Shown: positions 1 through 13,189 of the stretch, piece after piece
How the letters are laid out: every line of letters begins with the position of its first letter
How positions within the stretch are numbered: position 1 is the first letter of the stretch
Assembly (NCBI GenBank): GCA_964016885.1
Contig: OZ024740.1
Span: 334,304,001 to 334,368,000, forward strand
Source of the DNA: Eledone cirrhosa
Lineage: Eukaryota
DNA length: 64,000 bases
Direction of reading: 5' to 3'
Made by a program: the position numbers and the translations under genes
The notes under the pieces: model-generated
What the model saw: the letters and a program-made list of their open reading frames with translations, nothing else
Database searches by the model: none
What the model was told of the DNA's origin: nothing

Positions 1-290
1 ATTTCCTCTCAGCAGCGACGCTTTCTTCTATTCCAATCGATCCTCTCCAAACATTCTTTCTTGACCCATACAGCCTCAACATTTTTGCACCAATACATTT
101 TGAACCCGTCTCTGCCAATACCATCTTGATCTTACTGTCAATGTCTTCCAGTTCCTGCTTGGTCCAATTGAAGACCACCATACTGCATCTCGCCACTGCT
201 ACATCCGCTCAATTTATAATTGTCATCAACTTATGGAAGCAACTCATGATTTTCGAAGTGATATTAAGTCTTCTCTGAGAATATTTAAGC
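1..290 (-). mobile_element. Degenerate R4/Dong-like non-LTR retrotransposon fragment (post-RT thumb region)
   Basis: Minus-strand translation gives ...FNWTKQELEDIDSKIKMVLAETG...RLYGSRKNVWRGSIGIE, matching the WTxxELxxIDRKTRK...RLYxxRKxGGRGLxxIE signature of R4/Dong elements. Frameshifted. Confidence 0.6.
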
Positions 291-1709
291 ACGTTATTGA
301 TCAGTAATGTTCAAACACTTCTCCTTTAGATTATAATAATTATTATTATTAGTCTAATGTTTACTGTGTATCGTCACTGTGTTATCGAATGCAGCTATGT
401 GCGCTTGCGTATGAGCAATGTGGTTTTTGATGGTTTTGTTTCTATTGTATGGAAAGTACACATGGTAATTTGTTTGCAGAATCTAGTAGGATTAGTTTCT
501 GTATACTGCATATATTTGTAAGCTTTAGACCTTTAATTACATATTTGTAATCATTTCCAGATCATATATTATTGTAGGGATTATTTCAGTTTTCATTAAT
601 TGTTTTCGGTTTAATTATATCACTAGGTATTTATATTTGGATAATTTTTTTTGTTAAATACATTGTCATCTGTGGTGATTGATGTAATCGGTTTGCTTTG
701 GTATGCTTTTTTGAGTGTATTGGCATATCAAAGTGTATGTTCACAAAGTTGACGAATTTCCTGGGGTGTCCCTGAATAATATGGTATTTCGTAGTGCTGC
801 CCTAATTCACTGTAAGGAAATCCTAAATATATTACATTTTGGATGGTGTATTATCTAAATGCAGTCATTATTTTTCTTCTTTTTCTGTCTATTCCTGCTA
901 GTTCTTTTAGCCCCAGTTCAGTATCTTAAAACATTAACTCATAACTGGCATTGCTAGAGTTTTGATGTCACTAAACTTATCCTTTGCATTTAGTTCTGTT
1001 TAAAGCTGTAAGCTCATATGTCTATAACATTCTGCGCGGAAATATTTTACACAAACCCGTACAATACATTTTGAATTCCATTGAATATCATCATGAAGAC
1101 CATAATCAGAATCCTGCGTATCCTGATACACCATAATCCTATACGACGATACACCTTTAAACAGCTTTTAAAAGAGAAATGTGTGTTGTTAAGACTACAC
1201 TAAAATGTCTAAGAAAAGCGGGAGAGAGAGAAAGTATGGCAGACAAAGAAAACTGTGCAGAGAACGAAAAAGAAAAGACTCAAATTCTTAGAAAAGATCT
1301 GAGGCCTGCCACGTAATAGTGACAGATGAAGAAGACTGGTACACACCACCTCACAAAACATCATTAATATGACTCATTCAGAATCTGATATCTTATGTAT
1401 ATATATATATATATATTAACCTGCCATAGAACACGTTGGCACACGGTTAGATAATACATGTGCCCCTATATGCATTTTGCATGTAGGGAAACATACTTTA
1501 TTATTCCTGGTCGAGAAAACATTTTGGTCGTTTTAACTGCTGCTATTTCTAGTGGCAGTACATTGACCTTTCTACCCCTGCCTTCTATCTTTACACACGG
1601 CACTAGACAAGATTGTTTCTTCATCATACACTCTCATCCGGGAACAGTTATGTATGGCGCCAGTTCGTGATTTGAACTCGGGAATTTTATATTCTCCGAG
1701 TGAGAAGAG

Positions 1710-1791
1710 CCATCTGACGAAAGTCTTCTTCTCAATGAATTTCCGCATGAATTATCCATTTATTTTGAGACTTGAAAGCGCGCGGTAAAGG
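1710..1791 (+). ncRNA. Degenerate type-I hammerhead ribozyme with extended stem II
   Basis: ccat CTGACGA aagtct...agactt GAAA gcgcgcgg TA aagg. One mismatch each in stem I and stem III. Lies ~70 nt before a (TA)n tract. Confidence 0.5.
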
Positions 1792-1859
1792 TAATTATAG
1801 CAGATACAGTGAAATTTTTAAAATTTATTTTAAAACTTTTTCTTATTTGCTAAACCCTG

Positions 1860-1906
<47 letters not shown>

Positions 1907-1910
<4 letters not shown>

Positions 1911-2590
1911 AATAAAATATGGAGAAAAATACAGCAGGTAGCGCATGGATAACATGTAATAAAATGAATACCTCATCAGTGATTTGCCGACGATCATAGA
2001 TATTTCATTGCATTAAAAATCATATACCTCACGTCGGTGCAATAATAACTAAAATAAGTTATTAGGACAATTAAAACGCGTAAAGCGAGTGAGACAGGAG
2101 AACAACAAAGAGTATAGCTAACCGTAGGGGAATGAAACAAGCTTCATAATTATTCTGTTTAGCGTAAGCTAGGTGAATATATGAGCGTTTTAGAAAAAAG
2201 ACCTTACACGAACGAGGGCCATGTGAGAAGAGAGAAAAATATAGCTTTCGTCGTGTACGGGATGAAGTGAAGAGAGGAGAAACAGTGAGTGAGTGAAAGT
2301 GTGAGGAAGAGTTAACTGACATGACAGAGGAGGCGAAAGAAAGTAGGAGAAACAGAGAGAATGGGGGAGCAGTAAGAGAGAGAGAGAAAAACACAGAATC
2401 GCAGTTTGGGTAAATATATGTAATACAATATGGAGAAAAATACTGCAGGTAGCGCATGGATAACATGTAATAAAATGAGTCCCTCATCAGTGATTTGCCG
2501 ACGATCATAGATATTTCATTGCATTAAAAATCATATACCTCACGTCGGTGCAATAATAACTAAAATAAGTTATCAGGACAATTAAAACGC
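1907..2590 (-). repeat. Partial tandem repeat (period 511 bp) of a non-coding element; related copy at ~22354-22760
   Basis: ~170 bp at 1910-2079 recurs nearly identically at 2421-2590. A diverged homolog follows the TA tract at 22354. Confidence 0.8.
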
Positions 2591-2907
2591 AAATTTGGAC
2601 TGCACCATCTGTCTGCATATATTATGCAACAATGCACAATCGGCTTATGCGGCTTCATCAGCGGGTATCGCCTAATCAATAATCAATCGATCGACAGAAT
2701 CCAAACACCGGCCCATGTCGGTCATGACTGTTTGTGACAACCGACACGGTAAAGCGATTAGCAACGGGCAACAGATAGGAGTCTTCTCTCAACTAGCCAC
2801 CGATTTACAAATTTTACGTGGAGACGTTTATCCCTGGTTCAATCGGGGAAAATCACAGTAAGGTATTGAATACAAAGCAGAGTATGAATATTTAATATAG
2901 AAAGGCT

Positions 2908-3000
2908 TCTACAGGACTAGAACTGTTTCATTCGGGACAAATCAACGGGAAGCCCTTGCAGATTGATTTCTCCCGAATGAAACAGTTCTAGTCCTGTAGA
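2908..3000. repeat. Fold-back hairpin made of two hammerhead 3' halves (GAAAC...GTC)
   Basis: tctacaggactagaactgtttcattcggga / tcccgaatgaaacagttctagtcctgtaga arms are reverse complements. Confidence 0.75.
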
Positions 3001-3027
3001 GTCTTTTGTATATATATTACACACACA

Positions 3028-3187
<160 letters not shown>

Positions 3188-3191
3188 TATA

Positions 3192-3280
3192 ATTGGTGTT
3201 GGATGCTTAAAGCGTCCGTGTGCGGTAGGCCGTATGAGCACTCGATGCCCTCATAGAGCAGAGTATGATATCACAGAAAA
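3192..3280 (+). repeat. ~90-bp element terminus abutting (TA)n; inverted homolog at ~47680-47767
   Basis: attggtgttggatgcttaaagcgtccg...gagcagagtatgatatcaca matches the reverse complement of 47680-47767. Both copies start directly at TA tracts. Confidence 0.7.
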
Positions 3281-4901
3281 AAGAGAATCAGTGTTGCGCC
3301 GAAAGGAATTTATTTATATTACAATTCTTTCTCGGCCGACCAGCTCGAGGCACGATCGAGGTGGTGATCAAACCTGACTCTGAAATCGCGCGGTCCTTGT
3401 TTGTGTACGCACGCACGGTCCACATCTATCCACAAACCACGAGGCCTGCATCATGCGCAGTCTCCCACCCAGCGGCCTAGACCAACAGCCTCCATGTATA
3501 TTATATAAACATTTGCACCACAGCGCCAAAGTATTGTATGCAACTTCACGCACACCCCTATACTGCCCTGTCCCCCTCTGCATCCTTGTCAAGTATGCAT
3601 TCACTTTTAGCAGCATTTTATTTTATTTTATTTTATTTTATTATTGTATATTATTTCATTATTATATTACTTTATGTTATGAACGTAGAGATTTTTTTTA
3701 TATATGTGCCACCCAATCTATTTGTGATTATCGCATGGATATTGTGCAGCCTTAACATGTATGCATATTGTGCAGGCACATTCGGACTCATATCGCCACG
3801 TTATCGGGTTGGGTGAAAGGCTCAAAAGCGTTGTCTCATATAACACTGTGTGCACCATCTGCGTAGCTGCGCGTGTGAAGACGGATGAGGGGGTACTAAT
3901 CAAGTATATGCCTCCGGTGTGTGAGCACGCGGGTGCTTTATGTATGTGTGTCCACACAGACATGCATGAGCATGGGTGTGCGCATGCCTGGGTCGATGTA
4001 TTTGTCTGAGCATGTCTGCGTGGGGGTATGGATGATTATCTATGGATTTTTCATTTTTCATCTGTCTATATATGTGCGGCGTCTTGGCTATGCGCGCTTC
4101 CCTGAGTCCAGTGTGTGAGTGTGGACTTGGGTGTTTGTTGAAATCCCTTTTGTTATAGCCTGTCTCTCTGAAAGGCTGTTGCAAGCTTTCATTTAAAAAC
4201 ATTCTTAATACAGGTTTTTTTCTTTTTCTTTTTCTTTTTCTTTTTCTTTTTCTTTTTCTTTTTCTTTTTCTTTTTCTTTTTGAAATATGTATGGTGGAGA
4301 GTATTCTAGGGCTCTGTCCTAGAAATGTCATGCTAAATATCCCTATAATTTGTTTTTTTTTAATTCCATCCAAACATTATTTACAATGACTGCTGCATAC
4401 AGCATAATTGCGGGTGTGTACCTGACCGCTGTGGACGGGGGGGGGGGGGGGGCTTACTGATAATGAAGACGTCGGAATGATGCCAGCCGTTCAAGATTAC
4501 AGTCCCCCCTCCCAACACAGTGGTAATTCTCATATATGAAGAAATTTTGATTGACAGGTGGAGAAGGAGAAGAACCAAACAGTGGGCAACCATGAGTGGC
4601 TAGAAATACCGGTGACGTGTATATGTCTTGACCACACATGGAATGACAATAACATGATCTAAATCAACAAACGAAAGAATCCGATGTTAAAGGACAATAG
4701 GAAAATCTGCTTCGTAGAATCGAGACGTATCCGAGGACCGCGCGATTTCATATATATTGGTAAAAGGGAAAGAAAAATAGTTTAATTAGGAATAAGTAAA
4801 AATTAGTAATAGTATTGGTTAGTATTCAGTTTTATTCGGTTTTAAGTTTTACCGGTTGCGCATTTCTAATGCTTTTCAAAAATAATTTTGAGATAGAGCG
4901 C

Positions 4902-4944
4902 CCGTGATGTTTGCTCTAATCTCAGATTAGAGCAAACATCACGG
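4902..4944. repeat. Perfect 21-bp-arm palindrome with 1-nt spacer
   Basis: ccgtgatgtttgctctaatct c agattagagcaaacatcacgg. Confidence 0.95.
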
Positions 4945-4959
4945 AGAGATGACCCCTTA

Positions 4960-5350
4960 GCCTTTGTCAAGGCAGAATTCTAGGAGAAGGAAAACTCTGA
5001 TATAACACCTGCAAACCTGATGGTATCCAATGATGTTGACTTGTTCTTCTTTTTGGTAAAAATCATCTTGGTTAAGAGAGTGGGACTGGCTTTGTGCAGT
5101 GCCTTTGCCCACTATAAAAGCTTCACGGCACAGGCATTGCTTTATATCTGGAGATCTCTCTGCACTTGTCGTCACATGGTACCATGGGCCCAGCACTGTG
5201 TGTCAATAATTGTCACAAGTGTAGTGTTTGTACCAGAGTTTTCAAGTCGCTGGCTGGACTAAAAAGTCACACTCGTTCAGCACATCAGTAGGAGTTCTCC
5301 TACATGGATATAAAGTAGTGGCCGTACTCGAAAACGAGTTGGCAGCCACC
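4960..5350 (+). mobile_element. 3' fragment of RTE-like LINE with C-terminal C2H2 zinc finger
   Basis: Plus frame reads HKCSVCTRVFKSLAGLKSHTRSAHQ* (~5214-5291), followed by a short 3' UTR (gtggccgtactcgaaaacgag...) ending in a microsatellite, as is typical of RTE 3' ends. Confidence 0.55.
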
Positions 5351-5436
<86 letters not shown>

Positions 5437-5702
5437 GGAAATGTCTGTCTGTGTGTGTGAGTGTGTCTGTTCCGCAGCAACTTTTGATCCGCAAGGCCGA
5501 TTTTCAAAATTATTTTTGTAATCAACCACAAATCTATCAGGGGAGGTCGGCACGTCATTGCGAATGATCGTCTCCCCCTTTGTCCATGTAAAACATCGAT
5601 AAAACTAACTAAAAACTAACAGAAAAATCTCTATATCTATAAAAATGAAAAAGAAATAGTGAGATTGAAAGAAAAAGACAGACTAAAAGAGGGGGATAGC
5701 GG

Positions 5703-5749
<47 letters not shown>

Positions 5750-6138
5750 CGACAGACGCTGTGTTTGATACATGACAGTGGAAGAGGGGAAGGAAAGCTA
5801 TATGTAATTAACATGTGTGCGTGTGTGCGTGCGTGCGCGGGTGTGTGTGTGTTCGTGCAGCGTTCCAGTAAGAGTTAAATCTATTAACATGTGTGTGTAC
5901 GTGCACATGTGCGTGCGTGAGTTTGCGTGCGTTTGAGCGTTTGCGTGCGTGAGTGTGTGTGGGTGTGTGTACGTGCATGTAGCGTTTCACTTATGCCATT
6001 TTTTTCAGTGACAGTAGTTGTTGTCGATTATAATTTATTCATACCCTACAACATAAATGTAAATGATCTGGGAAAACCAAGTGAAAGAAACGTAGAAGGA
6101 ATGAACAATAATGAAAACCCAGATAACATTGGAAAAGT

Positions 6139-9057
6139 ATGCATTTAACTTCAACCTTCGAAGGAAGTCCCCGTTGTGTGCATTCAAGAACCCAGGACGC
6201 GATGACATATGTGCGCGAGTACGGCAAACCAGACATATTTATTACTTTTACATGCAATCCTTCGTGGAAAGAAATTGCCCATGAACTCCTTCCAGGACAA
6301 CAGCCCAGCGGTCGCCATGACCTCTCATCCAGAGTCTTCGAGCTAAAAGTATACAAACTAATGGACCTTATCACAGAGGGTCAGGTATTTGGACGTGTGC
6401 AATGTTACATGTACACAATTGAATCGGGGACTCTCCGATGCTCACATTCTTATTTGGTTGTCGTCAAAAATAGAGAGCAGACGATATCGACAAGATTATA
6501 TCCGCAGAGCTTCCAAACCAGCAAACTGACAAAACCCTATTTGACATGGTTACGGCGCACTTGGTTCACGGTCAAAAATACCCAAAAGCCTTTTTTCGCG
6601 GAACTCAAACTGCTGATGACGGATACCTATCATACAGACGAAGAACCCCTTAGACGGAGGATTAACAGCACTGGTTGGAAAACATGAAATTGACAACAAG
6701 GCGTTCAACTACCACATAAATGTTGAATAGTGCAACTCAATTAAATCAATCAAATATGTCTGCAAGTATATAAATAAGGGCCCGGATGCCGCCATGTTCG
6801 GGTTTAAAGAAGAAAATAAACGGGATTAAGTTGCACAGTACCATTCAGCACGATATATAAGTACCAGCGAGGCCTTTTTACGAATTTACCGTTTCTCAAT
6901 GCACAGAAGATACCCTGCCGTCCAACACCTTGCTGTGCACCTGGAAAACGGCCAAAGAATGTACTATACAAAACAAACATCTTTTCTGAGGGCTCTGCAA
7001 CCAAGGAACACAACTCTTACTGCATTCTTTCAACTATGTCAAGGCGACGCATTCGCTCGCACTTTGCTGTATCCCCAAGTCCCCTCTTTCTACAAATGGG
7101 AAAAGTATTCATGGAAGCCAAGAATCAAAGGTCATCCTGATTTTAACTTTGACAGCTGCCTGGCGCGAGTTTACACAGTGCCCCGCATCTGACAAGAATG
7201 TTACTACCTACGTATGCTTCTCCATGACGTAAGAGGTCCTATCACTTTTCAACACCTAAGAACTGTTGATGGCCAAATTTGCGACACGTACAGAGAGGCC
7301 TGCCTGAGGTGTGGACTACTGGAAGATGGTGCTCAGTGGGATGCCACTTTGGCAGAAGCAGTTGTTTCACAAATGCCACACAGCCTGAGGAAGCTTTTTG
7401 CTGTCTTACTGTACATTTGTTAACTGCCCGATCCTTCCTTCTTGTGGCTCAAGTACAGAGATGACCTCTCTGAGGACTTCAGACATCAAGCACAATTACA
7501 AATTCCTGACATGGAAGTAGGCTTCACACATGAAATCTACAACAAAGCACTTATTGAAATTGAAATATGATTGCTGCAATGGGTGGGAATGCACTGTAGA
7601 CATATGGCCTGCCCCAAACCAACAGGACAGGCTCCGACGTCATTTCCGCAGAAACACTTCGAGAACTATCCTACGACACTGACAGCTTGGCTACATATGT
7701 CACTGAACATGAACCAATGCTGCTGCAGGAACAGGAACGAACATATAACACTATTGCTGACTGTGTCCATCGTCGTACGGGAGGAATCTTTTGCTTTGAC
7801 GCACCTGGAGGCACAGGGAAGACGTTTGTCATACGGCTTCTCCTTGCCAAGGTTCGACAACACAGACACATAGCACTTGCTGTTGCGTCTTTCTGTATTG
7901 CAGCAACCTTGCTTCCTGGGGGGCAGGACAGCACATTCAGCCTTCAAACTCCCCCTCAATATGACAGTAAATGACACACCCTGCTGTTATATTACCAAAT
8001 GATCAGAAAAGGCAGAACTGCTTAAAAGGTGTAAACTTATAGTTTGGTACGAATGTACCGCGGCTCATAAAGGAGCTTTGGACGCACTGGACCGGAGTTT
8101 AAGAGACAAAAGAGACTCCCAGGATCCCACGGGAGGCGTGCCTGTCCTTTTATCCGGAGATTTTAGACAAACCCTCCCTGTTATTCCCAACGGAACAAGG
8201 GCTGATGCTATTCGAGCATGCTTAAAGTCATCTCCGCTTTGGTATTATGTCACAATATTAACGCTCTCTACGAACATGAGAGCTCTGATGCTTGGTGACC
8301 AAGTGTCATCAGGTTTTGCTACCAACCTATTGACACTTGGGAACGGCAAAGTGCCACTTGATGAAGATGAAAAAATCTCCCTCGAACCGGTCTGCACTTT
8401 AGTCTACAGTGCTGACGACTTGACAGATGCAGTATTCCTTGAGTTGAGCACTAACCACCAAATCCAAACTGGCTGTGCGAAAGGGCAATATTGGCTCCGA
8501 AAAATGAGACTGTCGACAAAATCAACGGACTACTGCTTAAGTCTCTTCCTACAGCTTCGTGTACATACAAGTCCATCGATAAAGTCACAGACCCCATTAA
8601 CTACCCAATTGAGTTTCTTAACTCATTGACCCCCCCCCCCGTGTTTCCATCTCATTGATTGGAACTTAAGAAAGGATGCCCAATTATGCTTTTGAGGAAT
8701 CTACACCCACCAAAACTCTGCAACAGCACCCGCCTTACAGTAAATAATCTAACGCAAAACTTGATCGAGGCGACGATTCTCTCGGGGTGTGGAAAGGGGG
8801 AAAATTCCCCTTTGTCCGTCAACATCAGAGATCCTCTTTTCATTCAGGAGGCTCCAGTTTCCAGTTCGTTGTAGTTTCGCTATGACGATAAATAAGTCTC
8901 AGGGGCAAACATTGTCCATCGAATAAACCTAGAAGAGCAATGCTTTTCGCCCGGTCAGCTATACGTTGAATGTTCCAGAGTGGGAAGCAAAAGAAACCTT
9001 TATGCATTTGCTCCAAACAGTAAAACCAGAAACATTGTGTACCAAGAAGTTCTGTAA
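6139..9057 (+). pseudogene. Helitron RepHel (HUH Rep + PIF1-like SF1B helicase), frameshifted, N-terminus missing
   Basis: Rep motifs GSPR...QDAMTYVREYGKPDIFITFTCNP, KYPKP..DGY..YRRR and LAVHLENGQR. Helicase motifs FDAPGGTGKTF, LSGDFRQTLPVIP, LSTNMR, PIMLLRNL.PPKLCN.TRL, FAMTINKSQGQT, ending RNIVYQEVL* at 9057. Confidence 0.92.
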
Positions 9058-9109
9058 TCAACACTACGACACAAACCGTCTTCTAACAATCAAATACCTC
9101 GCTGCTTTC

Positions 9110-9660
9110 AATAATTACCAAATTGTAGACATACTGCCTTTTTGAAATTCATAACACCATACTTTTCGACTGTAAACGTTGTGACCACTTTGAGCTGCAC
9201 GGTATTGAAATTCACGTTCCCCTCTGGTTGGTTGAGCCAGTTTTCCTTGGATTCGCCAGCGCGTGCAACAGACGTTAATTCACATGTCTTTGCTGCCGCA
9301 GTTGACACTGTGTTTCGGTTGATACAGCTCAAACAGCAGACGTTGACTCACAGTTCTTTGCTGCCGCAGTTGACGCTTTGTTTCGGTTGATGCAGCTCGA
9401 GCTGCGGAAGTTGCCTCAGCATTTCTATGCCGCCGTAATGAACGCTGTGGTTCGTTCTCTGCGTCTCCTGCAGTAGACGTTGCCTCAATATTTGCTTTCT
9501 GTCGCAGCGAGGGTTAAGAATCGCTTTCTGCACCTCAAGCAGCAGCAATTGCATCAGTATTTATTTGCTGTCGCATCGAACGTTGAGTTTCGTTTTCTGC
9601 ATCTCGTGCAATAACAGTTGCTTCAGCATTTTTCTTTTGGCGTAATAATAGCTATTCGTT
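9110..9660 (-). pseudogene. Antisense reading frame inside the Helitron encoding tandem 23-aa (STPR-like) repeats
   Basis: Minus translation: NAEATVIARDAENETQRSMRQQI / NTDAIAAA*GAESDS*PSLRQKA / NIEATSTAGDAENEPQRSLRRHR / NAEATSAARAASTETKRQLRQQR. 69-bp periodicity. Confidence 0.6.
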
Positions 9661-10218
9661 ATTCTCTGTTACTTTTGCAATCAGTCTGTGCAACGTCACA
9701 GTTTCTATTGGCAGCCACAACTATACAGAATGGTAAGCATTTCAAACAACATAAATCATTAGAATACCTACATATACGCAATGCATAACGAAAAATGTAC
9801 ATGTTTCTACTGTAGCAAACGTATGGCACCCCCTCATTTGTACCTTTCACTCAAAGTGGTCATACATTATCTTTGTCATCCCGCAACGACTTCAGTCCCT
9901 GAATTGCCAAACATCTCACATTATTGTCATAAATTCTATGTGACTCACTTTTGGGCTGCTGAATTCCTTGTGGCATAGTTCGCGTTTGGAGCTTCACCAC
10001 GTCAAGGTCACACTTTTACACTCATTCACCTTTCATATGCCATAACATTTTACCGTTTTTACATCGAACAACACATACTTCTCATGGTTAAAAATAAATG
10101 TTTTTTGGGGGTTCGTGCTACGTTGTTTTCTCTTTAAACAAATTATTTACTAATGGTAGACTTACACCCGGGCAATGCCGGGTATGGCTGCTAGTATATA
10201 TATATAGTTAGATAGATA

Positions 10219-10283
<65 letters not shown>

Positions 10284-10847
10284 ATTATGTAGGACATTCC
10301 AATCGAATCAGACTGGTTACCAAGTGAGCGCTGAGCGTTGATGCATGTATTGACAAATATTTATTACAGTGGGATACAAACATTGTCACCGTGTTCATTT
10401 AATCTGGACCTTCATAATTACGTGAATTTACAAAATAGGAATTGGTTTATTCCAAACTTATTCATACCTTCTGTGACGCTGATTCTTCACTTAAACATTA
10501 CTTTCCTGAGCAAGAAGTTCCGTTGATTGAATCAACTGGAAACCACGTCGTAGAAAACGGAAGAAGGAATTCCATGTACGTGTTATTGTGCATGCTTATG
10601 TGGCTTTCTACATGCGATTGTTAAAGTGCGTGTTTTCCGGAGAATGGTTTTGAATGACATCTATAATTTTCACTACTATGTCTAGTTGACCTTACTTAAA
10701 AACAGATTGAAATAGGCATGAGAAACTTTCATTTGCCCAAGAACTGTATTCATCCTAAATGCATTGCTCTAGAAATGCATATATCTTTGATATGATGTCT
10801 CTTGATATAGGTATAGTTAAGCAGAAGAATGTATTTATTTTTTTTTA

Positions 10848-11040
10848 CGCGGAAGAGTATGCAGTATCGGTAGAGGGTCGGACGCCATGCTTTCCAGCAT
10901 AGTTACGTCCCTTTATGATCTGAGTTCAAATCCCGCCGAGGTTGACTTTGCCTTTCATCCTTACGGGGTCGATAAAATAAAGTACCAGTAATGCACTGGG
11001 TAATTTGCTGGCCTTGTGCCTAAAGTAGAAACAATTATTG
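10848..11040 (+). mobile_element. tRNA-derived SINE (abundant octopus-type family)
   Basis: A-box-like head, B box GTTCAAATCC, core gactttgcctttcatccttacggggtcgataaaataaagtaccag, AT-rich tail. Confidence 0.85.
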
Positions 11041-12949
11041 TTTAATACAAATGTACTGATGTATTTCTTCCTTTCTACTAGGATTTCATATTGTTTCATC
11101 TTCTACTCTTTGTTCCTGTATTCCTTTGAACAAAATTTTTTACATTGTTTATTGATTGTGTAAAGATGACTTCATTGATGTAGAATATTCTTTTTAAATC
11201 TTAATATCTGGTGCACGATACACTGTTGCATTCTTCTACAAGCCTATTCGTTGTATATCGCATGCGAATTGAGTGAGGATTTTCTGTATATACTGGCAAG
11301 CCAGTATATCTATGTTGATATCTTATATACTATGTTGATAGCAGAAAACGGTCAGAAACATAGAAGGAAATTGATGCCCTCATTATATATAAATTATAAA
11401 TAATTTAGTTTACATATTAATAATCTTTCACTTTATAAGTCAAAGAAATGGGTTTTCAGGTGATTCGCATTGTCGCCTCAGGAATTAAATGCCTCGCAAA
11501 TGAATTGGGTAAGATATTGCCTTCGCCAATCTATCAAATCTACTAAAAACCACACTTCTATATGGGAAAATATCATCGAAAAACGTAGATTTATTTGAAA
11601 TTAAAGAAATGAATAATTCTTCTATCAACAGTTAATCAAACACCTTTCACAAATGCTCGTCAAAATAACTATTGACAAGCTAAGGTAAATAGTAAAATAC
11701 AATAGATATGTGTATATGTCATATTATTTAGGAAGTCACTTGCAACTCCATCTATCTCAAACACCAAATAGAATAGATAAAATATCTAAAGCATTAAATA
11801 CAATATGCTCTAATGTATCAGCATAGAATATTAAAGAAAATTGGCTTCTGGTGTATTTATTAAAAATCTTTCACGCTGCTGTAACCTAAGAAACTTACGT
11901 GTTTATTACTGCGGACGGAAATTATAAGCGCTGGTTATTTCTCCTCTACTAGGGGTAAAAGATGGAAGAGTGAACAGATAAATTCTAAACTTAGAAAAAA
12001 AAAAGAGAAAGATAGATGCTGTGAACAATAGAGCGGAATGGAGAATGCTATTATCCTATATCAATTTAGATATTGGCTGAAAGGCATTTAATTTCAATTT
12101 TGATTAAAATTCACTTGCTATTTCATATTTGAAAGTAAAATTTATAAAATGTATACCTATTAAAAGAATTTGGTTTTTCATTCTGCAATTGAAAAAGTAG
12201 GGAAAACACTAAGAGTAATAAAAAACGTCATTTCATTAAAATTTCGTTATATTAAAAATATCATCTATGGCTTTATGGAGGTAAACAATATAAAAGTCGA
12301 TCATTGAATTTTAATCTCAGAATAAACAGGCCTATGCATACATATATACATAATAATAATGCAATATTCTGTCAAAGGACGCATCATATATTTATAGGAA
12401 AGAAGGCTAACACGACATGGGAGGCTTCTGATTTACAGAAATGTGTATATTACAAAAGAAAAATAACGATTTATTTTCACTTTATATGGTCAAACGATCA
12501 TCACTGGTTCCTTGACAATCTTAGATTTACAAATATGAATACTACGACAACGTGCTTTATATAGTCATTTATAAAGGGAGTGCGCCAAGCGTTTAAATAT
12601 AATGCAGACTCATCAAAGGGAGGAATATATAATCATCATGAACAATTTTGGAAGATCCACCCTGCTTATGCAGTGGTAGGCAACCCTTCGCTTTCAGTTA
12701 TTTTCTAACACATAGGAGCGTTTTGTTTATAAATCTATATATTTTGCGTCTTTTGGTAAAATGCTGAAGGTTGCTCTCTTTTCAGAATAAGTAAAGTGTC
12801 TTATTTAGATAATAGTTAGAACATTTTAACAGTATGCCTTTGAAAAAAGGATAGAAATAAAAAAGCATTCAATTTAAGCAGAAGAAATAATAGAAGTTTG
12901 AAGCAAACCACAAATATGAGGATAATATTAATAACAACAACAATAATAA

Positions 12950-13142
12950 TAATTGTTTCTACTTTTGGCACAAGGCCAGCAATTATCCCATGGTACTACT
13001 GGTACTTTATTTTATCGACCCCATAACGATGAAAGGCAAAGTTAACCTCGGCGGGATTTGAACTCAGATCATAAAGGGCCGTAACTCTTTGCTTCAAAGC
13101 ATGGCGTCCGACTCTCTACCGATCCTGCCAATTCACCGCCCA
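12950..13142 (-). mobile_element. SINE, same family as 10848
   Basis: Reverse complement of the 10848 SINE, with head ggcggtgaattggcaggatcgg and an (AAT)n tail. Confidence 0.85.
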
Positions 13143-13189
13143 AATAATACTAATAATGGCAATAACAATAATAATAGTAATAATTTCTT

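Larger units (their letters stand above)
5421..10194 (+). mobile_element. Degenerate Helitron (rolling-circle transposon) inserted in (TA)n
   Basis: The 3' end has an acccgg...ccgggt hairpin (10166-10183) then CTAG|T (10191-10194). The 5' end, ATAAATGGAAATGTCTGTCTG..., resembles Helitron 5' termini; its exact start is hidden in the TA tract. Internal Rep/helicase remnants are present. Confidence 0.85.

Noticed and set aside
10848-10945. tRNA gene
   Set aside because: A/B boxes belong to SINE heads; no complete cloverleaf.
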